This document shows positions 26,601 through 41,460 of a DNA stretch of 64,000 nt, in pieces. How positions within the stretch are numbered: position 1 is the stretch's first letter; the number at the start of each line of letters is the position of its first letter. The stretch lies in NCBI RefSeq assembly GCF_002105155.1, contig NW_019028990.1, positions 806,001 through 870,000 on the forward strand. The letters run 5' to 3'. A model generated the notes under the pieces. The model was not told the DNA's origin. It ran no database searches and saw nothing but the letters and a program-made list of their open reading frames with translations. Origin of the DNA: Lobosporangium transversale. Taxonomy: Eukaryota. The translations under genes were made by a program, and so were the position numbers.

Positions 26601-29600
26601 TGATGGTGGCTGTTGCATAGTGGGCAGCCGGCTCACCGAAGCGATTTGGATAGCCTCCGCGAAATTGATTTCTGACGCTAAGTAACCGTCAATTATCTGG
26701 CGATTCATCTCCAAAATGGCGTTGCTCTCGTATGGAGGAGCTCCCAGAGCCTCTTCAACCCGGTCTACTGCATCCTTCAAATCGCCTCTAACCTGTCCTC
26801 GCAGTACTCTATCTGATAATGATCGTTCCAAAAGTGGGAAGAACTCGATGGCGGCCGTCTGATCAAAGTCGATGATCGTTGAAGAGTGTTCGATAGGGTA
26901 TTGGCCGTCGACACTGAGCGATATGCCGTAGAAGCAATAGTAACACTGATTTTCTTCTTTTCGATAAAACGCTCCTTGCATGGGCGAAGAAACTTTGAGC
27001 GCTAACTTTATCAATTGATCTGATAAGATGAAGATATGATTAAATGGCAAAGTATGTTAAAAGAAGCTAAAACCCCAAAGATACAATTTATATAATGATA
27101 ACAATGTAATCGTCTCCACTGTGAACACAAGGAGAACATACTATTATCAATTCCACAGATCCCGCGAACTCCTAGGTCGTCATGAATCAACGCAATAAGT
27201 TCCATGTATAACTCTTGTGATGGGCCAGCATACATGCGAAGAGGCGTAGACGAGTTTGTAGTCAAAGGTTGATGCAAAATACGCTCAGCTGTCTCATGAT
27301 CCACATCAATATCCTTCATTAAGAGAGGCCGAATCTCTAAAGGTAGCCGCTTGGTATCGACCTTGCTTTTATCGCTCAACACCTGGCCATGGATACTATC
27401 GCCTGCTGATGTCTCTTGTACCCAGCCCGGAAGCAACAAAAGTAATACCACCCATACACGGATTAAAACGAGGTTGAATTGCTCGAGGTGTGGACGATGT
27501 TTCAGCAAGTCTGAATATGAAAGCTTTATATCATCATCCACTAATCGGTCTTGATGAAGTACGTTGACAAACCCTAGACGTGCTACTGCCAAGATGCAGC
27601 AGACAAGCCTTTGCAGCAGTCGGCTTTCGAGGGAGCCGAGCAGTATTGCAAGAGCAGTCGATTGAAGTGTCTCTCGCAGCAAATACAGAGTGTGAGCGAC
27701 TTGGCCAAAAAGAAACCACACCTCAGTTGCCTCACTCTTATCTGTGATAGTGTTTACAAGAGTTTGCACCACGAGCACGAACATCTCTACTATGCAATGA
27801 AATTGAAGCTCACGATTTTCAAGCGCTTCACAAGACTACCAAAAGAGAGTTGCGTAACGACATCGATATGTCAATAAACAGAGATGAAAGATGACAACTC
27901 ACTCCGTATTATGTGAACAAACTTAACTGCTATCTCACCTTGTAGAGCAACTCCATGAGTTCCAGCTTCTCTGGCAAAGAGCCCCCGATAAAATCTGTAA
28001 TATCAGACTCTATATTCCTGTCACTTTCATCATTTGAGTGTGCTTGGTCCCAATTTTGGTCTCTATTCTTAAGGAAAATTGGACATAGTCTTGTCATCAC
28101 TGCATTGTAGTCCTTCTCGTTAAATAATCGAGCAGCATCCAGGACATATTGGTGAGCCTTAAGTCGCCTCAGTCGCTCGTGTATTTTATCGGCTTTGACT
28201 TCTGTGTCGTATTTACTGCAGAAAGTATGCCGATAAGAAACAAATAAAGGAAACAGTCAATCCCAAAATGACCCCGATAAAGTAAAACTTTCATTTTCTG
28301 TGTACGATCAGGATGTAAACACTTACCAATTGGGCAACTGAATACTTAAACTTTCATCGTTCTTGAGTATCTGGACGCAGCCCTCGAAACATGCGATAGC
28401 CTGTGGTGCATTCCCAAGACACTGGGCATGCCTTCCCTGCATCCATTCGAACCGCATAAGGGCTGTGCGGAGCCATGGCTCTGTATTAAGAGTAATGACC
28501 ATGTCTCGCTTTTTCAATGGAATATTTAAGCCAAGACTAACCAGGTACAGCCATCGCTGAAACTGCTTGTCAAGCTTGGCTACATGTTCCGCATCCACTT
28601 TCTTAGCTCCTTTACCCTTCTTTGAAACAGTCGTGAATGGATGTAGAATGGTGTGTACTATTTCATCTAGATACATTTCACAAATTGCTAACTGAAGCTA
28701 AACAGAAAGCGCAATCAGATAGCTATCTTTTTTTATTACTTTTTTTTGTCTCCAAAATTATAAATATTAAAAAAAGGCATCCTCTTTAATGCTTATCTTA
28801 CCTCCAATACTATGCATCTATCAAGCTCTTCATTGGGCTCACTTGTTCGGCTCTCCTGGTTAAGATATTCGAGCAAATATTCCTCAATCATGCAGACAAT
28901 GGTGTAGACAGTGGTCCGAAGTCCCGGAGGCCATCGTCTTTGCCAATTGCTATTTGTTCCGATGCATACTAATCCTGAGAGAACAAAAAGGACAAATTCA
29001 CAAAGGTACTCCAACACTCCAGAGTTGTTTTCATTAGTCCTTAGGATAAAATCGATGAGAATAGCTTCATCCTCAAAGAAAGACGCCGTGGGAGGCTCAG
29101 TCTTTTCTAGATTAAATATGGCGAAGTGATTCGTCTTTTGTCTGCATAATTATCGGATTTGAAGGGACAATTGATACTGTGTCAGGGTTTGAACCATACA
29201 AACAGCAGACATAATAAGGAAGCTAAGTGCTGGAAAGGTACATTACTGTTGCACATGATCAATACTCGAGGCTTGTACCAGTGCGTTAGGACGCTCCAGA
29301 TGCTTATTAAAAATGATCAACAGTCTTGATAATCCTGTTGGGAAAATATCTTCCGACTTCAGCGAATCATCTTCCTTGCCTGTAATATAGGCGTTCTCCA
29401 TATCCATTCCAAATTTGGAAAGGACTAATCTGTACTTAGTTAGCATCTCCTGCTCCTCTTCTTCACGCTTTCTCTTGGTCTCCTCAAATTGTTCCAGCTT
29501 ATCCCGTACACGCTTCGATGTTCTAGGTTAATAGGCTTAACAGTTAGCATGCCGGAGATCTAGAGGCCGTTGTCTGACTCAAATCTGTTCTATATATACT

Positions 29601-31329
29601 AACCTTAGTCCCGATCTCTCCTCGACTTCTCTTCGTTTCCGCTTTATAGCCGCGCTTTGCTCGGAATCCATAGCCTCCTTTTCACCATGCTCACACAAGT
29701 CCTCATTAATGGATGAGGTCAATGCACTATTTTCTGAAGGTTCATCTGTTGGAGGTTCGTTCTCAGTCCTGTCGTCAACCTGCATGGTATCCTCTCCTGT
29801 CGTTCCTCCTTCTAGGGCACAGAAGGCTTCGGCTTCGCCCCTATTGACTGGCTCCTCTAACATTTCGATATCTTTGGTCTCGCCTTGCAAATTATGGCTC
29901 CGGATTACTATGCGCTGGTTATGAAATTTCTTCTCGGGTTGAGCTATTAATGATCTGTATTCCCCCAGTAGCAGTCCTCCCAAGCTCTGCCATGATAGCT
30001 CTTCTAACATAATCTCTTTAGGGTCTGCAATATGTTCTTTCAAATATAAGGGTGTATCCACTTGTTTGCGAACTAGATTACTAGCGCTTCCAATCTCCTT
30101 CTGTGACCGACTGCGGATCAGATCCTGAAGTTCAAGCCCACGTTGAAAATGTGGTGAAATATTGAAAGCCCTTTGAATGTATTCTTCACAGGCCGTGAAA
30201 TCGCCGATTTCGTAAAGGATCTAAGTAACAGGGTAACTGGTAACGTGAATAAAAGCAGTAATGCTTTTTTTTTTTATCGCTAAATTTTGATCCTGGATCG
30301 CCATGCAAAAACCAATGCTTCGATCTTGCATACCTCACATAATGTCTCTAAACATGCCCATTGAGTCGGTGTCAAGTCCTGGTATGAAAAATTATCCAGC
30401 ATCAAACTATTCTCTGAGGATTCATCCGTAACCTGAGATTGCACTTGTTGCAGGCAGGACTCCAAAGCGTAGCGTGCAAGCTTATATTTCCTCTGGTTTG
30501 CTGCTAAAATACCAACCTTGAGCCAAAGCGAATTATCGGAGTCATCAAATGCGATTGCCTGTGCAGTAATTAAACGGAGCCAGGTTAGCCTTAAATATTA
30601 CTGCTACCATGCGATTCAATTTCTATATTTGAAAAACCAGTACCGATCTTCCACTACCTTCAAGTAAAACTGAAGAGCCGAGGCATTATCATGGATTCTC
30701 TCCAAGATATATGCATAATTCTGATATACCAAATACTGCAGACGTCGAACAGGTGTCCCACGCGCGGCTATTTCTGACTAGCATGGACAAAATTCTACAG
30801 TCAATAATCAATACTTTGTGTTATATGTCACCATTTAGTTAGACAATCACTTAATCGGCATGTTGCAATCTTCCATAGATCTACTCACATTGCTGTCAAT
30901 TTTTAGCATCAAGTCCGACTCGATAAGTTCTTTGAGCAACTTTCTTGACTCCTCTATTTCACCCTTCTGCAGTAGCCTAATGGCGCTCTCGTAGACACCT
31001 AAACATTTCTCAGCCTATAAAAAACAATGCATGTTTTGTTTCAGTACAATCAAGTTAGGCGCTCATAGATACTGATAAACGCTACGACCATATTGCGGTA
31101 AAAGGTGTCCTAGATCTGCTTCCTATACCTGTATCTCCACTGACTCTTCTTCCTTAGACTTGACTTGCTCTTCTTCATTCAGTACCGCGAAACGAATCTA
31201 CCATAAGCGTTATATAAAACCACACACGTTGAATGCCAGTGTGATGGGATGTGCTCCGATTAGCAAGATGTTAAATGATGCAATGGCAAATTCCATGCTT
31301 GACGAAACATTCCCGTGAACTATTACCAT
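23640..31329 (-). CDS. HIR3: HIR complex TPR subunit Hir3/CABIN1, multi-exon
   Basis: N-terminus M|IRFAVLNEEE..IQ|AEKCLGVYESAIRLLQKG resembles CABIN1 MIRIAALN; TPR-like LQYLVYQNYA..LE, D.DNSLWLKVG..A, NPESWDSWY; DKRHWHHRPVFR; VWKPEFERSGKHF.Y. Confidence 0.88.
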
Positions 31330-31802
31330 AATATGGGTATGTAGCTATTGATTCTAGTAAAATAAGATTAGGAGCAATGCCCAACACTCAGTTTTGAGTC
31401 CAGAAGGCGATGCTTTAACTGGACGGATTAGATACTGACTAAAAAGAAAATCACACAGAAAGAGCATGGCATGCACTGCACACGCGTCCAAGGCGAGTGG
31501 CTTTGTGCTACGAGGGATTGACATAAAAGCGGTTGGCTCAGATAAGGTTTAATTGAGTCGTCTTTATTCGACGGCTGATAAGTGCTTTCCTGCCCTATAA
31601 ATTCAAGAACGACTAGAAAAATACTGCAACCTTGCAAAGGCTGAATCTTTAGGCCCTCTAATTGCATACCGCCGACCTCCTATAAATTCATAAGACGCCA
31701 AAATATACTTTTCTACCTTTATTCCTCTTTACCCTTCAATCCCTCCCTTACACTCCTTCATTACTCATTCCATTTCGTTCCATTCCATTCCTAAAGAGTC
31801 CA
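31330..31802. promoter_or_regulatory. Putative bidirectional promoter region HIR3/YME2
   Basis: Divergent starts about 470 bp apart; TATAAA elements near 31596 and 31681; pyrimidine-rich tract before the YME2 ATG. Confidence 0.45.
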
Positions 31803-34200
31803 ATGTATCGTGTCTCAGCCTCGTCAGAGGCTACCCTTCGTCGTCTCTATAGATCTACATGCCATTATCGTGCCAGCTACGTCGCCGATGGTCCAAGCTT
31901 TCCATCCCCTATCCGGTCTTTGAGACACTCACGGGCCTTGAGAACAGCGAGTACTCCTCTTATAGCTACACATGCTCCCCGATCGGCTCCAACCATGTTT
32001 CAATCAAAACCATGCCAGTTATCACCATTGTCATCTTATATATCTCAACGGACACTATCCAGGCCCATATCATTTGCACGAACTATCAAAAGCCAAAAAA
32101 CATTGCAAAGGCGAAAGCTTACAACAGAAGTAGAGGCAGGGACCGCAGCAGAGGAAGAAGTAAGAATGAAGAAAAGCAAATGGACACTTTATTACCACGC
32201 GCAATGATGAAATTCCTACCCTCTGTCGTCACTTATACGCGGACTCAAACTTTATTTAATTAAATCTACAGATGCCTCTAAAATATGGACTGCTCTACTT
32301 TGACAATGCATATCCACTCAAAATGGGTTGGTGGGACATTCGCTATTCTCTCTTGCGTCCGGGGTGGCGATCACTTGAGCGCAAGGCTAAAAACGAACTT
32401 GTGCCTTCTGAGAATGACATGCCCTTTCACTTCAAGATCGGAGGTATTGAGCCTAGGTAAGAGCCTTTTTCAGGTGATTGGTTTGTATTCTGCTGAAGAG
32501 ATATACCAATGACTTATTTCTTTTCATCTTTGCATTTCCCTATTTCATTGATACTTGGAGTATTTAGACTGAAGGACGGTGGAATGTTTGTACATTTTTC
32601 ATATGTACATCCGAGCTCATACACCACAAGAGAAGCACTCAAGGAAATTGAAAGCAGATGTGAACAATATCTAATGAGTCATGGACACTACATGTGGTTT
32701 AATTTTCAAAAAGTTCGGGCGTTCCTTGTCAAAGGTACACCGTTCCTTGAAGATATGGCCAGTCGATATCCCAACAAACGGATCAGGATCGAGTACTCAG
32801 GAGATCTTGGCATTGAAGGTTTATACGAGCTCTTCCGCAAATATGGCAAGATAGTGGATATCGTGCAGGTAGCCCCTATTAAGGACATGCCCAGGCAAGC
32901 GATTGTGCAGTACCAAATTATGCGGTCCTCTACTAGCGCCAAAAACTGTCTTCATGGAGCAGATGTCAATGGTGTCAAAATCCATGTGACGTATGAGCGT
33001 ACGTTGAAAGGCAATGCTATCTGGACCTGGCTTCAGAACCATCCCAGATTGAGTGTCCCATTAGGAGGTTTCATGGTGGCGGGAGTGTCATTCATCATTT
33101 TCGATCCGATCCGAGTGTTCAGCATGCATGCAAAGATCACAAAACTGTTCAACGTCAATGAATATCCGATTTTGAAGTGGCTAAGGAAAGAGACTATTGG
33201 ACGTCTAACCAGGGCACCCATAGATTCTCTTCAAGCCACTGGATGGCGCGAAAGGGAGCAAGAAGAGGAAAAATTACGTACTTGGCTGCGTAACCCTCCA
33301 GGTATGCATCGACATACTTCAAATGCATGGGTTAGTGTAGAGAGTTTTAATTCTTTTTTTTTTTTTATTTTTTTTTATTTATTTATTTATTTTATAACAG
33401 AGACGTTTGCGATTGTTCAAGGGCCTCGTGGAGCAGGCAAATCAGATATGGTAGAATACGCGATCAAGGAAAAGAGTCATAAAGTTATTATTAGATGTGA
33501 AGCACTCGCCAACGCTAGAAGCGAAAGCGAAATCTTGACCAACTTGGCGAAACAAGTCGGATACATTCCTCTCTTCCAGTTCATGAATAACCTTAATAAT
33601 ATGATGGATATGGCCATTACTGCCACTACAGGTCAAAAGGCTGGTTAGTAGAAAAGAACTATGATCAAGGGTGATTTTTTTTTTGTTCTGGGATGAATGT
33701 AGAGTTTACTAAAACATCTCTGTATGTTTTTATAACCCCTTAGGCCTTTCTGCAACATTTGAAGGACAGCTGAAAAAGATCCTGGATACTTTAACCGTCG
33801 CTATTCAGCAAGCATCCCCTACAAAGGACATGTCCGCGACGTCGCCAGAAGTAATTATGAAGAAAATTGAGGCAACGTTGGAGCAAAAAACCCAGAAGGA
33901 ACAGAAGCAAGCAGCAGCAGATCCTTCCAATCCTACAACGCAGCCTACAAAACCCAAACGTGCTAAAGCTAAAGGAAAAAAAGGGAAAGAGAAGGAGGAG
34001 GAGGAGAAAACCTGGTGTGATCCTGGCGATATCCCTGTTATTGTGATCGATGGATACATGTCAAGAGAAAAAGGACCCCATGCAAAGGAACTTTGGACAT
34101 TCTTGGCCGAATGGGCTGCGGTCTTAGTAGAGAATCACGTTGCACATGTGATATTCATAAGCAATAACGTTGGAGCTGCGAAACCACTTTCAAAAGGTTG

Positions 34201-34232
<32 letters not shown>

Positions 34233-34586
34233 TCGTCCGATATATTGTCACTAAACCCTGAGAAAAGTTTTCTCGACTAAACCTTGCTTCTTTTTTTCAT
34301 TTATGATTCGTTTTAGCGCTGCCTAACATGACGTTTGAGACAATCGTATTGTCGGATGCAACGATTGACTCTGCATTAGAGTTTGTTCATAAACATCTCG
34401 ACCAAGAGGTATACCCCAACCTAATTAACTCTGTTGAGGTTATTGGAGGACGCTTGACTGATTTGGAACTGTTTGTGCAAAAAGTCAAGAGCGGCATGCG
34501 ACCAGAGGGTAATTCTTGTGGCAAATTCGCTTTCCCCTCTCCATCTACTATGTCATGGATTACACTTTCAGAAAGCTGTACTTTAC

Positions 34587-34618
<32 letters not shown>

Positions 34619-34790
34619 TTATAACTGTCTGCAGATGCTGTCAGTGACATTTTGGGCAGGGCAGTGATCGAAGTGCGTAAAGGCGCCTTTGATTTCGATA
34701 ATTCAGACAGCAAGTCTTTGAGCTGGACAGCAATCCAGTTCTGGGCCGTAATGAAGCAATTGGCTGCTCATGACTCTGTAAGCTATTTTC

Positions 34791-34826
<36 letters not shown>

Positions 34827-35457
34827 GCATAGGAATACGACCGCCGGTTTTCAAACTACCTGGGTTGTTACTCACTAGGATTCATTGTTGAATAATAGAT
34901 AAGTTATGATGAACTCAAAATTCATCCCCTCTTCAAGAGCGATGAGGCACCATTCAGCGCCATGGAGCAAGCAGAGTTGATCAATATCAGCCATAAAAAT
35001 GGTAAGCGCACAAAGTACTGTACCCGCTTTAAACTATACCATGATTACAGGTGCTAGCTCATAATAACAATAATAATAATAAAAAAATTGTGGTTGTATA
35101 GGGCGTCCTTTTTCCGTACGGCCCGGAAAGCCGATCTATCGTGCGGCATTCCACGAGATTCTGTCAGATCCGGGATTTGCGGCTCTAATGGAACTTGAGA
35201 CGACCACATTCTTGGAAAAGGCCGAGTCGGCGAATGTGGCGAAATGGGAAGGCGAACTCAAGGAGCTTTCAAATCTTCTGCATCAAGACGGGTCATGGAT
35301 CTTTGGTGGAGGCAGGGTCCCGAAACAGGTTGATATGCGTGTCAAATGGCTCATGAACAAACTGGCCGACAGCCATACTAAGATTGAGAAATATGAAGTA
35401 GAGATGGCTCATGCTAAGAACGCTATTGCAGCCCAGGCTAATATGCCCAAGCATTAA
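31803..35457 (+). CDS. YME2: Mitochondrial escape protein 2 (RRM plus P-loop domain), multi-exon
   Basis: Arg/Ser-rich presequence, PR|LKDGGMFV.F, FLVKGTPFLEDM, LYELFRKYGKI, AKNCLHG, HPR..VP, TM followed by FDPIR, GPRGAGKS, LAEWAAVLVENHVAHVIF, IGGRLTDLE and RPGKPIYRAAF. Confidence 0.93.
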
Positions 35458-36110
35458 GGCTGTCACTGTTGCCATTATTCCTATTCCTATTACTATTACT
35501 ATTACTATTACTATTATCATCCCTGTTACCATTACCGCTATGCTCTGTATAATTCAATGAAAATATAATAGAGCCAATCTATCGACCTTGAAAGAAACTT
35601 CACTTTAAGGCCTGTGTGCAATGCTACACTCTCCTAAGCATAATATGTGTTACCGAATGTGGTCTGTGCAGTTGACAAAAGTGGGAAGATCCATTCCTCT
35701 AGTTGATTGGACGAGAACTAAATCATGATAAATTAATTGCCTAGAACGGCTTTCTATTGCACGAATAGTGTATTTTCTTGTCTGCGTTGGATATGGCTGT
35801 ACATTATAAAAGTAATGAAGGCTAATAATGTTTACTTCCGCGGAATATATAACAAGCAACAATCTTTTTTCCCTACTTTCTTTCCACTGCCTTAGTGACA
35901 GATGGATAAATAAAAATATGCATAAGATGCCACCTTTTCGATTTTTTTTAATGGTGCATATGCTCATATACTTTTTCATCAAGAAGAGTAATAACAGTGA
36001 GATGACAAAAAAAAAAAAAAAAAAAGAAATAAAAAGAAAAAAAGATATGCATGTTCTAATAATTGTATAAGATGGATATATAAAATAAGTGATGGTAACA
36101 AAAAGATAAT

Positions 36111-36878
36111 TTAAAGTAGCATGTCGCCGACACGTATGCCACAGATTTCAATGGGTGAAGTAACCTTATCCGTCATTTCAAAGCGGAGGTATTGAATCCC
36201 CCGCGTGTCCAGCTGAATACCAACATTCTTTCCTACATCAGTACAACTGACATCCGTAAACCTGACTGACCCCTGTGTCCTTTCCACCTGGCCTCTACAT
36301 GTCATCTACAATAAATAGGCATCCATAAAGAAATGTAAATGGTTCGTTAGATCGCAATCTCAACAGAAGGAAGTGAAATAAAATAAAATAAAATAAAATA
36401 GTCGCACGTTTGTAAGCTAAAAAAAAAAAAAAAAAAAAAAAACTTACCCACTCATCGCCATCCACACTGGCTTTGATGAGCATATTAGACTCAAGAACCT
36501 GTAACGTCGAATCCAATGTTGACCAGATTTCGATTGAATTGACATTTGCACCAAGATCAAGCAACGGTAACACAAACTGAAGACCGAAGAAGTCGCCCCT
36601 TGCCAAGGCATGATAGCTGTGCCAGCACGTTGACAGATCCTGATCGACCGAGTAATGATACGTATGCATCGCCACAAATTCTGGGCTTGGGTAGTCCAAT
36701 GCTTTAAACCGTGCCTCATGTGCATGAATATCTCTACTATGAGGCTCTACCGACCACTTGACCTGATCTGGTGCTGGAAACATGTCGACATTAGTTTGGA
36801 AAAGGCACTTGTCATTGGCACAGCTTGATCTATCGTATATAAAATTAAGATGGGTGGTACGTTCGTCAGTTTTTTTTA

Positions 36879-36916
<38 letters not shown>

Positions 36917-38392
36917 GGTTCATCGAGAACAGCAAGTACCTTGTGTGACGATCCTTGAAAAGTGGTGTTTCCTCCTCTGTTTCAAAATCAGACTTGGCCC
37001 CCACTCTGTGAGGTGATCCATTGACTAATCCAAGTCCTGACAAAACTGTTGTTATACGCACTATGGCATCTGTCTATAAAAATCATGTGTTCATCAGGAA
37101 GAGTGAGTTCTCAATGTAAAATTCTTGTAATTCTTAGTTCCAACAATAAGCAAAGCATATGGAAACTAAAAGTGGTAGTGGCAGTAAATTATGTCTGACT
37201 CAGTCTTTGACTTTTTTTTTTATCCGTTTACCATATGCTCATAGACGACACTCCACTGATCGATCCTGCCACTCCAGCTTGAACTTTGATCCAGTGGTGC
37301 TAATGCATGGCTGAGAACGATCGGATACTGATTTCGCCATAAAGAAAAGAACAGATCCGAGAGCTGAACTCTTTCCTTCCATAGGTTGCTTCCTCCAAGC
37401 TGTAACAGGAAGTTGAAGACTGCACTCTTTGGCATGAAAGATCCAGCGCCCAACCATGAAAATCCTGTATGCAATCCCACCTGTGCGTTCTGGAACATCC
37501 AAGTACGCTGCTGAGCATACATGGCTGGAATTGTGCTCGTGACCAGACTGTTGGGATGGTCTATAAAGAGTGTATAGAGCGAGTCCAATGACAGATTGAT
37601 CCAATCGTCATCTTGGATATAACAGTGATCATACTTTGCAAGTGAACAAGTTGTGTACTTTGAAAAATCGTGAAGATTAGCGACAGAGTTGAACACTATT
37701 ATAGATGGCCAACCATTCGCTGCTTCTGCTGAGACTGTGGCATTGCCATTGTTGTTGTTGTTGCTATCAGAATCCTTGGCGCGATCTGTAAATTCACTTG
37801 CAGCGATGACAACCTCGGGATTATTGTTCCAGATGAGGATCTCCTTAATGAATGGGTATTTCCGCAGATGAGCCACGACAGTTTTAGCACCTTCTTTACG
37901 TTTCCATGATAGAATGACAGCAGTAACAGGAATGTATTTCGAGTTGGAGGACAAAGATGAAGCAGGATGATCTCGATCCGAGGATGTAGTGAAGAGACTG
38001 GCAGGATATGAGCTGATGCGACTTGTCCCAACTTCCGCTAGATCTGTCCTGTAATTTGAACGTGAATCCCATTCGATCATCATGCGCTCGTGCTCTTCAC
38101 GTAATTTTCTTTCCTTTAGTGACATCTGTGACTCTGGATGATTGTTGCCTTTGCTGCTACCGCTATTCTTGCTTGATGAAGGTGAACGTGAGTCCATACC
38201 GTTGTCATCGTGTGCAAGTGAGGTCGTGAGGACATAGAAGGCCAAGATGGAGAGAATTACTAGGATAGCACGCGATGGTGAGAGGCGCCTAGCCAAATTG
38301 CGAATGTATGACCGTGCTGTATGAGCATAGTGACCAAGGGATCCAGCCGGATGTCCGTGCAACGGCAGAATCTCTGAGTGGCCCAGAGGCAT
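36111..38392 (-). CDS. Type II membrane GT-A glycosyltransferase (GT64/EXTL-like) with a C-terminal beta-sandwich (discoidin/CBM-like) segment, multi-exon
   Basis: N-terminal TM AILVILSILAFYVL, Ser-rich stem, VTAVILSWKR, IKEILIWNN, CYIQDDDW (DxD), DLFFSLWRN; C-terminal SVDQDLSTCW..GDFFGLQF. Confidence 0.7.
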
Positions 38393-38975
38393 TCTTCAGA
38401 GCTCACGATAATGCTGGCCTGTAAAGAGCTGACGAAGAGTTGATTAGATGGAGGAATATAATTAAAGTTTTTTCGATAAAAGAAACGAATGGACGATAGA
38501 AAAGCGGAGATGAGTAAGGGTGGATGAGAAGGTGAATGGGAAACAAATTGGGTCAGACAAGGTTGAAAGATTGAAATGGCAGAAAAGACCCTTTTTTCCC
38601 TTTTTTCCATGCAGGTTGGGCCACTCAATGCAGTTGTCTGAACGGGCTTTAAACAAGCCACGTTCCTGTGAGAGGAGGGAACCAGAAAAAAGCCTTCAAA
38701 TCAATTCATATCAATTCATGTCAATTAATACCAATCACCATCTTCGAAGGTGGGCAAAAGGACCATGGTTCGACAAAGCAAATTGCGATTTAATTGGCCC
38801 TGCAGAAGTAAAAATGCAAAACCTGAAAATCAATATTATCAACAACAATTGAGTCACATTGTAAATGGAATATCTCTGATCTTTGCTCAGAAAAGCTGTG
38901 TCTAAAGAAAGGGCACTGTGATTGTTGAATGCAATGCAATTGAACAATGACTATCTATGAGAATGAATGAAAAAT

Positions 38976-41460
38976 CTAGTTCTGACGGATACGCTCCTTG
39001 ACCCAGCCCTCAAGACCCCCTGCCACCCACAACTCCTGAATGCTCTTGCCAAGACCACCAACTCTGTAGATACGGTCCTCTTCACCCTCGCAGCTAACTT
39101 GAACCTTGCCACTCGCTAGCGATACAGTGGCCTTCCAGCCAGTACGATCCGTTAACTTGGTTGTGCCACGAACCTTGGCGAGATCACGGACTAACTCTGG
39201 ACTTTCCATGAGCAAAAGTCCGTTATTGATAGAATTGCGCTTGAAAGTCTCAGAGAAGGAGCCTGCAATAAGAAGCTTGATTCCGGCGGATAACAATGCT
39301 GTTGCAGCTTGTTCACGACTTGATCCTGTACCAAAGTTGAATCCACCGATAAGAATGTCACTAGGCTTGACGATGCTAGCAAAGTTAGTGTCATAGTTTT
39401 CCATCACAACTTTGCGCATTGTCTCAGGTCCAATGTCATCCTGATAAGTATATTTGCCTGGATAAATTCCATCTGTATTGAGATTGTCAGCAGGGCAGAA
39501 CAAGAGTTCGCCAGTCAGTTGAGGAGGAAAGTTGGGAATTGTCTCCTCCGAGATGTCATCTGCAGAAGTCTGCTTTTGGCTTGACAACGTCGTCAAACTG
39601 GTAGCGGGAACAGGAACCGAACTGGTCTCCAATGACGCAGGAGAAACAATCTTTCCAGAAATTGCAGAGGCTGCCACTACGGCTGGAGAAGCGAGATAAG
39701 CAAGCGCTTTCGGTGACCCCATACGGCCCTTAAAGTTACGGTTTGTGGCAGAGATGCCGATTTCACCATCCTGTAAGAGCCCTGTTCCCAGACCTTAATA
39801 ATGGTATAAAATATAAAAGTGAATGTTTTTGGCCTTAGTTGACTATTGGTATGAAAATGCAGCTGTGAAGTCAGACAAAAAGAAGACCTACCAACACATG
39901 GTCCGCAACCCGCGGGTAAGGCAATAGCGCCAGCATTCATGAGCGCCTGCCAGTCTCCACTCTCCTCTACCTCAGCTTGTACCTCACTACTAGCGGCAGC
40001 AATGTAAAACTCGACACCATCCGCAATCTTCTTGCCACGCACAACTGCTGCAGCCTGACGTAAATCGCTCGCACGTGAGTTTACACAAGAGACAAGGTAA
40101 GCCTTATTAATCTTGACGTCCTTCAAATCCTGCACCGGCTGAGCCGCCTTTACTGAATTAGGTCCAGAAATGTATGGTGAAACTGTGGCTAGATCCAGTG
40201 TCAGGTGCTTGGAATAGAAAGCTCCTTCATCTGGCGCAAACTTGTCTTTGAAGACTTGCTCGATCCTCTCCTTATTGACTCGTGGATGAACAAAGGGCTG
40301 ACCAGTTGGTACTGGTTTGATGTTCTTGTTGGTGAATCGAGTACGCTCCAGAACATGGATGCGCTTCTCGTAATATGCACGAGTGACATCATCAATTGGG
40401 AAGACACCAGCGAGAGCACCCCACTCTGTGGTCATATTGGCGATCGCAAGTCGATCCTCAATTCCTAACGACTTTACACCTTCGCCTGTAAACTCGATGG
40501 CAGTGTTAAGGACCTCGTCCTTATTGAAGACAGAACAGAGTGTGATGATAACATCCTTTCCAGTGACTCCGGGGGCCAACTTGTTCTTAAGTTCCACCTT
40601 AACCACAGGAGGTACCTGCCACCAGGTCTGGCCAGTGGCCCAAATTGCCGCTGCATCTGTGCGGACGATGGGTGTCCCTAATGCTCCAATGCCACCGTAC
40701 ATGTTGGAGTGTGAGTCTGAAGCGACCGTAAGTGTTCCAGGAAAGGCATATCCTTCTTCCACCATGACTTGGTGGCCAATACCACGTCCCGCTGGATAAA
40801 AGTCGACCCTATTTTCACCTGCGAACGCCTCAATTGTTGCATACTTTGCAAGATTCTATACATCGGCATGAGATAAGTCAATCTCTTGATATGTATTCAA
40901 ACTTGACTAGATAACCATGAGCATGAGACAAAGTTGAATGCTTTTTCAATTTAGACACAAACCTTTTCGCTTTTATTTTGGACATCATGATCCAATGCAA
41001 AGACGGGCTGCTTAGGATTCCTAAATTGCGCTGCCCCAATGCTCTTGAATCTACAAAAAAAAAAAAAAAAATGATAAATGATAATCAAACATTAAGAATC
41101 GTCTCGCATCTTGATTGGGTGAGAAATATCCAGTCATGACAAGATTTTATTTCTTTTGCTTTGACTAATATGGATATCAAAGACTTACTTGGAGATGACA
41201 GCGCCGGTGTTGTCGTGGGTCAAAATATGTTCTGGACGGATGGTGACAAAATCCCCACTCTTGACGGTGTGGTTTGGCGCCAAATCTACTGCATATCGTT
41301 GTGCAATTTTCTCGATCATGTTTTGTGGCTGAAATGCTGTAGTAGTAGCAAGCATTCTCTTGAATGTGGGTGAGCTACGAAAGGGGCTATTGCTGTATAG
41401 TGAACCAACCCCTGAGAGTGGATGGCTCCTGAGGAGCGATTGTGTTTTGATTCTGAACAT
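38976..41460 (-). CDS. LYS4: Mitochondrial homoaconitase (alpha-aminoadipate lysine pathway), multi-exon
   Basis: [96 protein letters not shown] and GSSREQA. Confidence 0.96.
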
